Source: Paraclostridium sp.
GTDB lineage: Bacteria; Bacillota; Clostridia; Peptostreptococcales; Peptostreptococcaceae
Assembly (NCBI RefSeq): GCF_051657365.1
Contig: NZ_JBOFKN010000029.1
Span: forward strand, 1-42,715
Length of the DNA stretch: 42,715 nt
Direction of reading: 5' to 3'
Shown here: positions 11,401 to 20,892 of the stretch, one piece after another
Numbering within the stretch: the first letter of the stretch is position 1
Layout of the letters: each line of letters starts with the position of its first letter
Position numbers and translations under genes: made by a program
Notes under the pieces: generated by a model
The model's database searches: none
What the model saw: only the letters and a program-made list of their open reading frames with translations
What the model was told of the DNA's origin: nothing

Positions 11401-14400
11401 TTTACAGGTGAAATAATAGAAACACAAACTGTAACTATAGGACACGCAGGAAAAGTTGCTGCTCCAATTTTATTAGGAACTTCAGAGCATTTAGATAAGC
11501 TTAAAATGTTAGAAGCTAAAAAGAATGGAGTAACAGTAGATCAATTGACTCAAGAACAGTTGATAGCTATTGATGAGTTATGGAAACAGTTGGGTACATA
11601 TAACTACAATAACCAACATATAATAAATGGAGTTAAAACATTTGCTTTTTATTCTAATTTAATGGAAATGAAATTTGATTTTGGAATAGCTGAGTATTAT
11701 ACAATATCGCAAGCCAACAATAATACAGAGATGTTGCCAGTTACAAAAGATGGAGTTGTTAGATATATAATAAACCAAGATGGAATAGATGAAAACGGAA
11801 AAGGTATTTTAACAATAAAAGGATATGTTAAGTTAGCAGATGGTACTATAAACTCTTCTAATGAAGTTGTAATAACTTTTTATAGAAAAAGATTTCCTTC
11901 AATGGTTACTACAGGTGATGATTATACAAAATATGTATTTTATGAAAAAGATTCAAGTGACTATTACGCATTGAAAACTGTTATACAATCAGAGTTGAGA
12001 TTAGAAAATCTTAATGGAACTTATGACTCATCAAGAATAGATCATATAAAAGTTGAACTTGTAGATGTTGATAAAAGAACTGTTATTGCTGAGGGACCAA
12101 TAGTTAAATTTTATGATGGGTTTGTTCCTCAAAGATTTATATTCGATACGGGTTTAACTGATGATGATTTAAATAAACTAAATCCTGAAGAGAGATTCCC
12201 AATAGAGAATACAAAGGAATATATAGAACTTGAAAAAATATTAAATGATAAAATATTTAAAGATGGAAGACACCTAGGGCAAATATTTTATTTGAGATTT
12301 AAAGCAGTAGAATCTATCAAAGATGCTTATGATGTCGTTAAAGATATAAATGGTAAGGAGAGCTTTTATCCAATAATTTTTACTGAGAAATTAGAAGAAT
12401 TAAAGATAATCCCTTCAAATGGAATAATAGTTATAGATAATGATAATAATCAAGATTTATATACTTATAAAAATAAAGTTGCTTTTATGTTAGAAAGTAA
12501 CAATGCTGAATACTTTATGTATAGAACTGATAGAGCTGCAAGTTTTCAAAAAGTTTATCCTAAGAGTGTAGGATACTCGAAGCTACTAAAAATAGTTGTA
12601 TCAACTTATGATGTAGGAAATCACTTCCTAGAAGTAAAACAGAAGGCTGAAGGTGAACCAGAATCTAATGTTTATTCAGTTATTGTTGAAAAAATAAAGC
12701 CGACATCACCACCTAAAATATCAGGTGATGATTTAATAGATGAAAATGCAAAATGGTTATTACATCCAGTAGATAATGCTCTAAAGATAAAAACTAGCAT
12801 AATAACAGGAGATTCTGAACATTCTCAAGTTGTTTCTAGTGCAATGCCTTATGAAGTTTACATTCAACCAGATAAGAATCTAGATATAGGTTATCACGCA
12901 GTTAAAGCGATAGCAGTTGATAAAATAAACAATGAAAGTGAACCAACATATTTTTTAACAAAAAAGATAGGACGTCCAATAGCGTCAAATGTTATAGGAA
13001 CTGAAAAAACTTCAGATAATGTAATATCTTGGGAATGGGAATCTCAACATTTTGATGGTGTTAAAGAATATTTAGTTGAAATAAATGGAATTGAAAAAAC
13101 TATAGTTCCAGTAAATAGGTATGGAACAACTGAATATTATATGAGATTTTTCCAAGGTAAAGAGTTAAGTGATGGAACATACGAAATAAGAGTATGGGCT
13201 GTAAATGAACTTGGTAACAAAAATTACATGAGTTCAGATTTTATAACTAAAAAAGGAAGCAAAATAAAAGAATTATCTGTTGAAATGTATAAATTTAAAG
13301 ATAATTATACCAATAGACTAGAAGCTAAGATAGTTACCGAAGATAAAGCTATAAAAGAGTTTGAATATGATATTCTTAGAAATGATAACGGTAAAATAAC
13401 TTCTGTAACAGGAACTATGAAGACTAATCAAAAGATTTTACCTTTTATAATGGAAAATGGAGAGAAAGTTATTTTAGATGATGGTACATACTATTTAGCT
13501 GTTAGAGCTATAAACTATATAGATGAAAAAACTGACTATGTTAGAATACCATTCATATTCAAGAAAACTCCTCCAGATAAACCATACATATATTTTCAAA
13601 GGTTGTTAAAAAGAACAATACCACTTGTATTTGTTAAACCTTCTACTGAGATACCTATTCTAGCAATAGAAATAAAAATAGGAGATAAACCTTTTGAAAA
13701 AGTTAGAAATAACGTATGGAGACCTAATTACAATTTACCTTTAGGAATAAATAATATCCTTATTAAAGTTACTGATTATGCAGGAAATCAATCTGAATTT
13801 TCAGACTTTATAGAGATAACAAATAAAGGTGTTAATATGTTCCAGGAAGATTTTGTAGTTGATATGAGTAATCCAGTATTAACATTTGATTTTAATTTAC
13901 CTGAAATGATAGTTTATGGCCATACTAATTTTTTAGTAGAAAATGAACAACTTGGTGTTTCAGTTGTAGTTGATGTTAGCAATGCAAATAATATAGAGAT
14001 ACCTCTAACTTATTCTAACGATAAGATTCTGCCACCAGATGGTGTATATCCATTTGTTATAAAGTTATATGATTCAGATTCTAAAGAATATTCTTATATA
14101 GGTGATGTGTTTTATGTAACTATAGATAGCTACGAACCTATAAAACCTTATTTTTTGAATAGTGGGTATTCAAATATAGAATATAATAAGTTTTATACAC
14201 AGAATAGGAATCCTAAATGGTTATGGCAAACTAGACAAAATATAGATGAATTAAAAGAATTTATTGTTAATTTATATGAGTTTTCTAACAATGAGAATAC
14301 TTATGTAGATTATGGTACTGGACAGTTTAAGGATTATTCAACTAAGTTGATAGGACAATTTCAAGTTCCAGGAGATTTAGCAGATGGATCTTATAAACTT

Positions 14401-16860
14401 ACTGCAAAAGTTATTGGAAAGAACGGTCTTGAAAGTGCTAATGAAGAGTTTACATTTGTTGTTAAAAATAGTTTTCCTGCACCACCACGTTTCGATTTAA
14501 ACAATCCAATAAATAGAAAATATGAAAATAGAAATAAAAATGTTATGTGGAAGTGGGAAGATACTAATAGTAATTGGGACGAATTCGTCTCTTATAAAGT
14601 CAAAATAAATGATGAGGAATTTACTGAAGAATTTTCAGCATCAAAAACATATTATGAAGAAAAAAGAATTTTAAAAGATGGACCTAATAAAATAATGGTT
14701 ATAGGAAAGGATAAGGCAGGTAACTGGTCAACGGCAAATGAAACTACTGCTGGAATGCTTGGAGCTAATTATTTATCTAATACAAAGATGATAGATACAT
14801 CAAATCCAATACCTCTAACAGATAAAGATATAAAGGTACTTATAAAAGATTCTTCTACTTTTGAAATTTTCTTTGAAAGAAAAAAAGCAGATAATGAATA
14901 TTATATGTTCGAATTAATATCTCCGAATTCAGATGGAAATGATATAAAGTTTGTAGTTGGAAATACATTAGATAAAACATTTACTGAAGAAATATATTTT
15001 AGAGAAGAAAAGGTTATTCCAGGGTTAGAAATTGGAGAATTAAATGGAAAGCTAGGTTATTGTGAAATAAAAGATAACTCAGATACAGAAGATGATAAGA
15101 GTTTATACTTTACAAACCTATTACCTAATACATATACATTTGTTGTTAGCACTATAGATTATGCAGGAAATAGTTCTCAAATTTATACGAAAGTAATTGA
15201 ATTGAAAGATTTAACTAGAATAAAACCAGTATTTGTATATCCAAAAGAAACGTACACAAATAATAATACAATAATATTCCAATGGATATTAACTGCTGAT
15301 AATATAAAAAATTGGGAATATCAATTAACAACTCCATATAATTCGAGTGTTGCTGATTTAGTTAATCCTAGTAAATGGAGAAGTTTAAATGAGAATAGCT
15401 TCAAGTTGAATAATATACCTAAAGTTGTAGCAGGTAATGATGCAGATGGAGAATATACATTCTATGTTAGAGCTGTATTTGATGAAACAGTAGATGAGGC
15501 TGGTACAGGTCAAATAGTAAATAAAAAATCTGATATCTCGTCAATAACTGTCGTTCTTGATAGAAAAATACCAGGAGGAATAATTTTTACAAATAAACAA
15601 TTCACTACTGATAATTCTGTATTGAGATGGACTTGGGACTACACTTCATCTGGAGATATAGCTAGTGGAACATATGTTACATTTAATCCGAATTTACCAA
15701 TTACAGAATGGGAAAAAATAGAAAATAAAAAAGAGTATGAATCGTATCAAGAAAGAGAAGATGGTGTTTACACTTTATATGCTAAGACTTTTGATTTAGC
15801 TGGGAATATAAATAACACTATATACGAAAGTACAATAGTGTTGGATAGAATACCGCCGTTTAAACCTATTATAAATGGTGGAAGCAATATATTTACAAAT
15901 ATAATTCCAACAATTTCTTGGGAAAATGATTTAAATTATTTTAGATATGCTTGGCTAGTTATGACGATTGAAGAGTTCAATGCTTTTAAATCTGTTTATG
16001 ATAGACTTGTTAATAATGAAAACTATACATTAACTAATCATGATTGGAAATTTATTTTTTCTAAATCAGATATTGATAAAAATAATGTAAATGAAAGTAT
16101 AATTGAATTAGAAAGTCTATTTAGGAAAAATGAGTTTTTAATTGAAAATACAGTAACCATAAATAAGACTATATCTAAAAATGGAATATCAGAGGAAGGA
16201 AGCTATGTATTTATTCTAAGCGGATTTGATCCAAGTAATAACTGGTCAGAAGAGTTTGAATACCAATTTATAACTTACGACATAACTGCTCCTGATGTTA
16301 CTCTAATGAGATTTATAGAGCCTACATATGTAATAACTGATGAAAGACGTCCTAGATGGGTATGGGAAGTTCCTTATGATGTAACTAGATGTGAATATGT
16401 ATTAGAAAAAAATGGATATTCGGATGGTAGTATTGTAGGAAGTATAACCAAAGCAGCAGATGATGGAATATCTAATATTACTTATGAATTTAGACCTCAG
16501 TTCAATTTAACTTCTGGTAATTACAGATTGGTTGTCAATTGTTATGATTCTTCTAATAACTACGTTCAGATTAATAAATCAATTACATTAGAGACTGATA
16601 GTTCTTCACTTGAAAAAGAATTCCAAGATATTATTTTACCTGGACAAAATAATAGAATAAGAATTCAGAAAAATAAATACTCAGATACATATATTATAGT
16701 TGATATAGATATAGATAAAAATTCAACATTAAGCTATAGACTTATAGATAAAAATTCAAATAACAAAGAGTTTTTAATTTATGAAATAGGTAAAACTGAG
16801 CTTCAGATGAACTTAGAATATGAATTTAATATATTAACGTATAATATAGAAATTAATTAA
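8458..16860 (+). CDS. Giant structural protein (2,800 aa). Cys/Trp-containing N-terminal beta-rich region, with a C-terminal half of about 12 tandem fibronectin-type-III-like repeats. Probable tail/baseplate host-interaction protein.
   Basis: 8.4-kb uninterrupted ORF with GTG start at 8458 and AAGGAGAG RBS at 8441-8448. Repeated W..W ... Y.(I/L)(R/A)V.A.D.AGN.S patterns such as YEIRVWAVNELGN, VTDYAGNQSEF, TIDYAGNSSQIY and FDLAGNINNT. Confidence 0.85.
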   Translation: MKQDEKNVLDSCAIVGYDSGNILFKQENGIYFREPIRTTISNGRKVNNILKWILNNKETNYSLVADVSNYLEDFDSTYENRTFFTREHFSLTGGDDSISVNGNYMGGTSGVKYNVKTINWFKLEIKDVVGSSGDVTIIVECCVDNVNWIEFGSVRFNAMQGIDLGGSGADKTHTFNNTIECPNRNFKYRFRFTGNGHISCKEGDPWWFSSGGVFVLDEKYIPNEDIEYNVGVKSITDSHIEFTRTLAHKNGFYGETSISKRNQKQHIKLYLVYSGNTKYVLLDEVYTDTFVDNLYFGQIEESKFLLTKKSDLEIPKFSLNSKIKQLLYTKNDIYINKNILSRGTKLSDFGFKISSNSSLFDSSCNKLTEDINNSKLKLNVKKDIRFDNFISGIENEIDVDFLDNNNNLIFASKVFLDSTNKISDGIIVDKIKKSKTRYKGSLIIYDSYNEELLNLVDSLSSCSKTPQTVFLFCTSSNNSNELDCVIDKNTIGFSAFKDNVIDKVKKQNGFLFQNINLAIDKVGEIVSRKLSEDTMNTVNNLVGFNVYNFTNLSTSDYMNDYGYYTNEFKNGFNVNNPQITFIGQSTNNSLDGITQFDISKPFEFEANLNKIETNLTSDMLNEKRLFPGVDKPYYSVSIVHNENVLYSYIVGRDNVEMIDNDNKNKKYSIFVENKKVKVKYNENLTEKDRGKNNVFIVIKKNDCIINSYKAEFLVDYAEPIVDRFELNVSDIVEETNYQGKNELVYSKDNFFKVSMNLSANYEFRKGEYQLELRYSKNKNYKIIRPLEGYYQSKIYNIHLDELSNESAPDEKIKFGDWECMLVRNRYSYSIKNSTHNIPLEIDNALSINAVPMEPDFDDFQNNGLQQGKDVYITLKLINSDYYKKIKDIITFVKEVRFLSNNVDFTSKQGYFTYLDENKLGSDNSLSFITAHQNSLTLDNRNEMRWFISGTSENESNRFLNSIANLDSGSKKPKNIKINLVLFTGEIIETQTVTIGHAGKVAAPILLGTSEHLDKLKMLEAKKNGVTVDQLTQEQLIAIDELWKQLGTYNYNNQHIINGVKTFAFYSNLMEMKFDFGIAEYYTISQANNNTEMLPVTKDGVVRYIINQDGIDENGKGILTIKGYVKLADGTINSSNEVVITFYRKRFPSMVTTGDDYTKYVFYEKDSSDYYALKTVIQSELRLENLNGTYDSSRIDHIKVELVDVDKRTVIAEGPIVKFYDGFVPQRFIFDTGLTDDDLNKLNPEERFPIENTKEYIELEKILNDKIFKDGRHLGQIFYLRFKAVESIKDAYDVVKDINGKESFYPIIFTEKLEELKIIPSNGIIVIDNDNNQDLYTYKNKVAFMLESNNAEYFMYRTDRAASFQKVYPKSVGYSKLLKIVVSTYDVGNHFLEVKQKAEGEPESNVYSVIVEKIKPTSPPKISGDDLIDENAKWLLHPVDNALKIKTSIITGDSEHSQVVSSAMPYEVYIQPDKNLDIGYHAVKAIAVDKINNESEPTYFLTKKIGRPIASNVIGTEKTSDNVISWEWESQHFDGVKEYLVEINGIEKTIVPVNRYGTTEYYMRFFQGKELSDGTYEIRVWAVNELGNKNYMSSDFITKKGSKIKELSVEMYKFKDNYTNRLEAKIVTEDKAIKEFEYDILRNDNGKITSVTGTMKTNQKILPFIMENGEKVILDDGTYYLAVRAINYIDEKTDYVRIPFIFKKTPPDKPYIYFQRLLKRTIPLVFVKPSTEIPILAIEIKIGDKPFEKVRNNVWRPNYNLPLGINNILIKVTDYAGNQSEFSDFIEITNKGVNMFQEDFVVDMSNPVLTFDFNLPEMIVYGHTNFLVENEQLGVSVVVDVSNANNIEIPLTYSNDKILPPDGVYPFVIKLYDSDSKEYSYIGDVFYVTIDSYEPIKPYFLNSGYSNIEYNKFYTQNRNPKWLWQTRQNIDELKEFIVNLYEFSNNENTYVDYGTGQFKDYSTKLIGQFQVPGDLADGSYKLTAKVIGKNGLESANEEFTFVVKNSFPAPPRFDLNNPINRKYENRNKNVMWKWEDTNSNWDEFVSYKVKINDEEFTEEFSASKTYYEEKRILKDGPNKIMVIGKDKAGNWSTANETTAGMLGANYLSNTKMIDTSNPIPLTDKDIKVLIKDSSTFEIFFERKKADNEYYMFELISPNSDGNDIKFVVGNTLDKTFTEEIYFREEKVIPGLEIGELNGKLGYCEIKDNSDTEDDKSLYFTNLLPNTYTFVVSTIDYAGNSSQIYTKVIELKDLTRIKPVFVYPKETYTNNNTIIFQWILTADNIKNWEYQLTTPYNSSVADLVNPSKWRSLNENSFKLNNIPKVVAGNDADGEYTFYVRAVFDETVDEAGTGQIVNKKSDISSITVVLDRKIPGGIIFTNKQFTTDNSVLRWTWDYTSSGDIASGTYVTFNPNLPITEWEKIENKKEYESYQEREDGVYTLYAKTFDLAGNINNTIYESTIVLDRIPPFKPIINGGSNIFTNIIPTISWENDLNYFRYAWLVMTIEEFNAFKSVYDRLVNNENYTLTNHDWKFIFSKSDIDKNNVNESIIELESLFRKNEFLIENTVTINKTISKNGISEEGSYVFILSGFDPSNNWSEEFEYQFITYDITAPDVTLMRFIEPTYVITDERRPRWVWEVPYDVTRCEYVLEKNGYSDGSIVGSITKAADDGISNITYEFRPQFNLTSGNYRLVVNCYDSSNNYVQINKSITLETDSSSLEKEFQDIILPGQNNRIRIQKNKYSDTYIIVDIDIDKNSTLSYRLIDKNSNNKEFLIYEIGKTELQMNLEYEFNILTYNIEIN
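12690..16580 (+). repeat. Array of about 12 tandem FN3-like domain repeats (about 90-130 aa each) inside the 2,800-aa gene
   Basis: Periodic recurrence of the FN3 hallmark residues: Trp in strand B, Tyr in strand C, and a Y.xVxAxDxAGNxS F/G-strand motif. Repeats are diverged at the nucleotide level. Confidence 0.6.
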
Positions 16861-16867
16861 AACAATT

Positions 16868-16889
16868 GTGGCAGGAGAAATCCTGCCAC
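16868..16889 (+). promoter_or_regulatory. Intercistronic GC-rich stem-loop GTGGCAGGA-GAAA-TCCTGCCAC (perfect 9-bp stem, GNRA tetraloop)
   Basis: Seen directly in sequence 7 nt after the TAA of the 2,800-aa gene and 18 nt before the ATG of the next gene. It is not followed by a U-run, so it is not a canonical terminator. Possible RNA stability/processing element or partial terminator. Confidence 0.5.
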
Positions 16890-16907
16890 TTTAACAAAGG
16901 AGAGATT

Positions 16908-18719
16908 ATGTTAAATAACTATAGTTTATATAATAATAAAAATCCAGAACTTATTATTAATGAACCTGGGATTCTTGTCTATGATAATAGGAATAACTTT
17001 GTTTTGAAATTTGAAGTTAATTATAATAGCTTTTCTCAAGATCAGTTATCAAAAGTTATAAAATCTTTATACAAAGAATTTGCTGATGCTACTAATACTT
17101 CTAGCTTAGTTAATTCTGATTTTGTTGAGGGGTCTTTTATAACACTAATTGAAAATAACAATAAATATTATAAAAATATAAAAACAGAAAGTTCTAACTT
17201 AAATTTTAAATTTATAAAATATTCGTTAAGATTTTTCAAAGATAGTGCAGAAGTTTTATATTTGGATTTTACACACTCTAAATCTACAATACCATTAAAG
17301 ATGAGTGATGGAGATTATGAAATAGAAGTTGAGATAAAGAATATAGATAACGAGGTTGTATTAAGTAACAGGATAACTTTAATTTTAAAAACTAATTACT
17401 ATTCAATGAGTGATAATAAGAGTGGTGTTAATAAAATATTATTTGATAAAAATGAGGGAGATTTTAGTCTTGAAATTTCTCCTAAATCAAATAAGCACTA
17501 TTGTTTTTCTATTACTGATATTAAAAGTAATAATGAAAACATATTCTATTTTAACTATTATAATAAAAATGATAATGTTCCAGCTACAGCAGGTAAGATA
17601 GGCTCAGAAATAAGAATATTGAATGACACTCAAATAGAAGAGTATGAGAAGAACCCTGAGCTTGTAGGAGATATAGTTGGTGAATTTATTTTTAATATAA
17701 GAGAAATACTAACTACAACAAATAATAATAACAGCATTGGTAGGATAAGAATACCAACTATGAAAGAAAAAGTTGTTGATAATATGATGCCTTACTATAA
17801 TTTGAAATGTGATGTTTCTAATAATTATGAAACTACTATCAAACTGAACGATAAACTACTGATAACGGATCAATTTAAAAATGAACCATTATTTTATAAT
17901 TTTATAGTAGATGATGATATAAAAGATTTTTTAATAGTAAATGATGAGGATAAAATAATTGAAAATTATAAGATAAAGCAATTATCAAAAGGGTTAAATT
18001 TAGTTTACTTTTCTCCAAAAAGAGGTGAAAAATATTATTATAAAAATGGCGATAACCCTTATTATTTGATAGAAAGTAAAAAAACATATGAGCCTTATTA
18101 TTATTCGATTATAGCTAGTAACAACATATCATTTGATGAAGGAACGTATTTTGACAATATCATTTTAAAATCTAGCATAAGAGATGATAGCGTTGATTTA
18201 ACAATAGTATATGAAGATTGGAGTAAAAAAGAAATAAAAGATGTTAAAATTTTGAAAACTGATATAGTTCCAATTTTTTTACCAGATTATAGAATAAAAA
18301 TTGATAAAAATATTAGAAGTATCAAAATTAGCAATTGTGAAAATCTAGAGATTGTAAATTTTATTAGTAATTGTAAGATTGTAAGAGATAATTTGGTTTA
18401 TTATAAAGACAGTGTTAAAGATTTTGTTTATTATGCTGAGGAAGTTGAAACTATAGATATTAACAATATTGATGATGTTGAATTTTTAAATATGATTATA
18501 GGAGAGAGATATGCTTTTAATGATGGTAAGATTATAAAATGTATAGATGGACCTATAACACTAACTAGAATACTAAATAGTGATGTCGTATTTACTGACA
18601 CTGATGAGTACATGGATGAAAAAGGATTAATGAAATTATCTCCTATGATTGTATGTAAGTCTAATGAATTTTATAATAGTAATTTTAAAAGAGCAGGTGC
18701 AATTGTATGGGAAAAATAA
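16908..18719 (+). CDS. Hypothetical virion structural protein (about 603 aa)
   Basis: ATG at 16908 preceded by AAAGGAGAG. The ORF-track start at 16866 is a TTG lying inside the hairpin, so the 16908 start is preferred. Confidence 0.8.
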   Translation: MLNNYSLYNNKNPELIINEPGILVYDNRNNFVLKFEVNYNSFSQDQLSKVIKSLYKEFADATNTSSLVNSDFVEGSFITLIENNNKYYKNIKTESSNLNFKFIKYSLRFFKDSAEVLYLDFTHSKSTIPLKMSDGDYEIEVEIKNIDNEVVLSNRITLILKTNYYSMSDNKSGVNKILFDKNEGDFSLEISPKSNKHYCFSITDIKSNNENIFYFNYYNKNDNVPATAGKIGSEIRILNDTQIEEYEKNPELVGDIVGEFIFNIREILTTTNNNNSIGRIRIPTMKEKVVDNMMPYYNLKCDVSNNYETTIKLNDKLLITDQFKNEPLFYNFIVDDDIKDFLIVNDEDKIIENYKIKQLSKGLNLVYFSPKRGEKYYYKNGDNPYYLIESKKTYEPYYYSIIASNNISFDEGTYFDNIILKSSIRDDSVDLTIVYEDWSKKEIKDVKILKTDIVPIFLPDYRIKIDKNIRSIKISNCENLEIVNFISNCKIVRDNLVYYKDSVKDFVYYAEEVETIDINNIDDVEFLNMIIGERYAFNDGKIIKCIDGPITLTRILNSDVVFTDTDEYMDEKGLMKLSPMIVCKSNEFYNSNFKRAGAIVWEK

Positions 18720-19423
18720 CTTTTAAAAACATAATTGATGAAATTGAAAATAACAATTCAATTTATAATGATGAGATAAAAAAAATAGATAAAGTTCAAA
18801 AACAAATTGCTGATGTTGGGATGTTTAGATTTTCTGAATTGGAAGCACAGAATAAAGCAATAGAGAAAATGTTCAATGAGTTTAATATGGATGTAAATTC
18901 AAACTCTTATATTTTTAAAAATTCTGATAATGATCCAAAAGTTAAAACATTAGAATTTCTCTCTCCTATACAAATTAAAAATGCTATTTTATTTGTTAAG
19001 GATTTTATATTTAATTCACCAGTAAGATTTAAAACAATTTTCCATACTATAGATAATAGTTTTATAGAACTTCATATGTTGCCATATGATTTTAGAGCTG
19101 ATTATATAGAAGAGATAAAATTTATGAATTATCAAGATAAATCTCTATTCAAAGCTATGAATAATGAAAAATTTGAGTATTATGATATTGTAAATGGAGA
19201 TGTTGGGATTCTTTATAAAAAGGTAGATACAGATTACACTGATTTTGTTGACCAAGAAGGGTATATAAACTTCAAGACTAATCACAGAAAGGATAAAGTT
19301 TTGTGTAGATACACTCCTATAAGCAATGAGTTTATAAAGACAATAGATAATAAAATCACTTCAGTAACATTGATTCTTGATAAACAAATAGATAATGAAA
19401 TTAAATTGAATATTTCTATTTAA
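18707..19423 (+). CDS. Hypothetical protein (238 aa)
   Basis: ATG overlapping the upstream gene by 13 nt, with an AGGTG RBS. Followed by a terminator. Confidence 0.75.
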   Translation: MGKITFKNIIDEIENNNSIYNDEIKKIDKVQKQIADVGMFRFSELEAQNKAIEKMFNEFNMDVNSNSYIFKNSDNDPKVKTLEFLSPIQIKNAILFVKDFIFNSPVRFKTIFHTIDNSFIELHMLPYDFRADYIEEIKFMNYQDKSLFKAMNNEKFEYYDIVNGDVGILYKKVDTDYTDFVDQEGYINFKTNHRKDKVLCRYTPISNEFIKTIDNKITSVTLILDKQIDNEIKLNISI

Positions 19424-19449
19424 AAGAGCTTTTAATAAGCTCTTTTTTT
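19423..19449 (+). terminator. Rho-independent terminator AAAGAGCTT-TTAAT-AAGCTCTTTTTTT
   Basis: Perfect 8-bp inverted repeat plus T-run immediately after the stop at 19423. Confidence 0.65.
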
Positions 19450-19494
19450 ACTTTCTTTTACAGTTACATTAAAATTAACTTTAGAGGTGGTTTT

Positions 19495-20892
19495 GTGAAA
19501 GTTGGAAAGATAATATATTTCATAGATTCTATAAAACTTCTTTTCGATAGAAACGATATATTAAATAAAGAAATACTTGAAAAATTGAATAGTTACAAAA
19601 GGGAATTAAACAATTTTCATAATATTTCAAGCAAGGTTTATGATGAAAATAAAACTAATATAAATGATTTTAAAACTATATTTAATTCTATATATAATAG
19701 TGAGTTTAAATCAATAAAAGAAACCTTTGAAAATAATAGTCGTATTTTTTATAACAACGGTTTTAAGTTAGATGTTGAGAAGCAAATGCTTATGTTTGAA
19801 GCAAAAGAAAATATTGAGGTTAACTATGAGTATTATAGACAAAATAAAAATTCAATTATATTTTTCTTTAAAGATCCAGTAGATGTTAATTTGATGAAAT
19901 TAATATCTAAAGATGAAAATGGTTTTAATATAGAGCCAAAAGAAATAATAGTTGAAAACTCTTTAGGTAAAACATATTTTCTTGAAGACTTCAGCAGATT
20001 CTTTGCAACAAACATTGAACTAGATGTTCAAACTTATATAAGTAATCTAAAGACTGTAACAAGTGTAGAATTTGTATTTGATTCTATACCTAGTTCCCAT
20101 TTGTCTACGTATAAGTTTTTCAAAGTGGTTTATAAAGATGAAAATGAAGTTATATTGAATTTTAAGAAGATTTTTAATGACAATAAAATAGTAAAACTAA
20201 AAAGAAACATTTCTGATAAATCAAAAGTTCTTAGGTATTCTATAAGTTTTGATAATGGTGTTTCTTTTAATGAATTTGATTGGAAAAATTCAGAATTAAA
20301 TGGATTAGATGTAGAAGATGATATAAAAATAATTTCTATTCCAGAAGAAAGCAATTCTGATTTGTTCATAAAAATTATAGCTGCTAAAGATTCTAAGAGT
20401 GTTAATAATCAAAAGGTTGTTGGAACTAAAAAATATAATAGTACGATAATGTCTAGTGATTATGTAGAAGATAATATGTACGAATATATATTAGATAATC
20501 ATGGCGGAGTTATAGATAAGAATTCTATTAAAGTTTATTTATCAAATAAATTTGGAACTATTATATCTAGTTATAATAATAATATCGTTGATACATTTTC
20601 TGAACCTGGAAAAGTTAGTATATCTTCTGGATTTATAAATACTGAAAAAGAGTCTATAAGTGATGATGATATATTTTTTCTTTGTGATTTTGATGATCTA
20701 AATTCTTTAAAAGCTATAAAAAATGAGATTGGTTTTTTTAGAAATGATTCTTTATATTTACCTAGTCTTTTTGCTAATGAAGAAATAAATTTTAGAGTTT
20801 TATATGATGTTAATTTCTATGAGAATGATACAAGTATAACTTCATACACGCCTTTTATATTTGATTTTGATATTATGGCTGGTGATAGTTAA
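19495..20892 (+). CDS. Hypothetical virion structural protein (465 aa), GTG start
   Basis: GTG at 19495 with AGAGGTGG RBS 15-22 nt upstream. Long ORF coupled to the next gene by TAATG. Confidence 0.75.
   Translation: MKVGKIIYFIDSIKLLFDRNDILNKEILEKLNSYKRELNNFHNISSKVYDENKTNINDFKTIFNSIYNSEFKSIKETFENNSRIFYNNGFKLDVEKQMLMFEAKENIEVNYEYYRQNKNSIIFFFKDPVDVNLMKLISKDENGFNIEPKEIIVENSLGKTYFLEDFSRFFATNIELDVQTYISNLKTVTSVEFVFDSIPSSHLSTYKFFKVVYKDENEVILNFKKIFNDNKIVKLKRNISDKSKVLRYSISFDNGVSFNEFDWKNSELNGLDVEDDIKIISIPEESNSDLFIKIIAAKDSKSVNNQKVVGTKKYNSTIMSSDYVEDNMYEYILDNHGGVIDKNSIKVYLSNKFGTIISSYNNNIVDTFSEPGKVSISSGFINTEKESISDDDIFFLCDFDDLNSLKAIKNEIGFFRNDSLYLPSLFANEEINFRVLYDVNFYENDTSITSYTPFIFDFDIMAGDS

Noticed and set aside
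16866-16907. ORF-track TTG start at 16866 for the gene downstream of the 2,800-aa ORF (and similarly TTG 25469, GTG 34393, GTG 36868, and the upstream starts at 38113 and 42111)
   Set aside because: Each rejected start lacks an RBS or lies inside a hairpin or terminator. A downstream ATG preceded by a good Shine-Dalgarno sequence at proper spacing was preferred in each case (16908, 25490, 34402, 36859, 38047, 42075).
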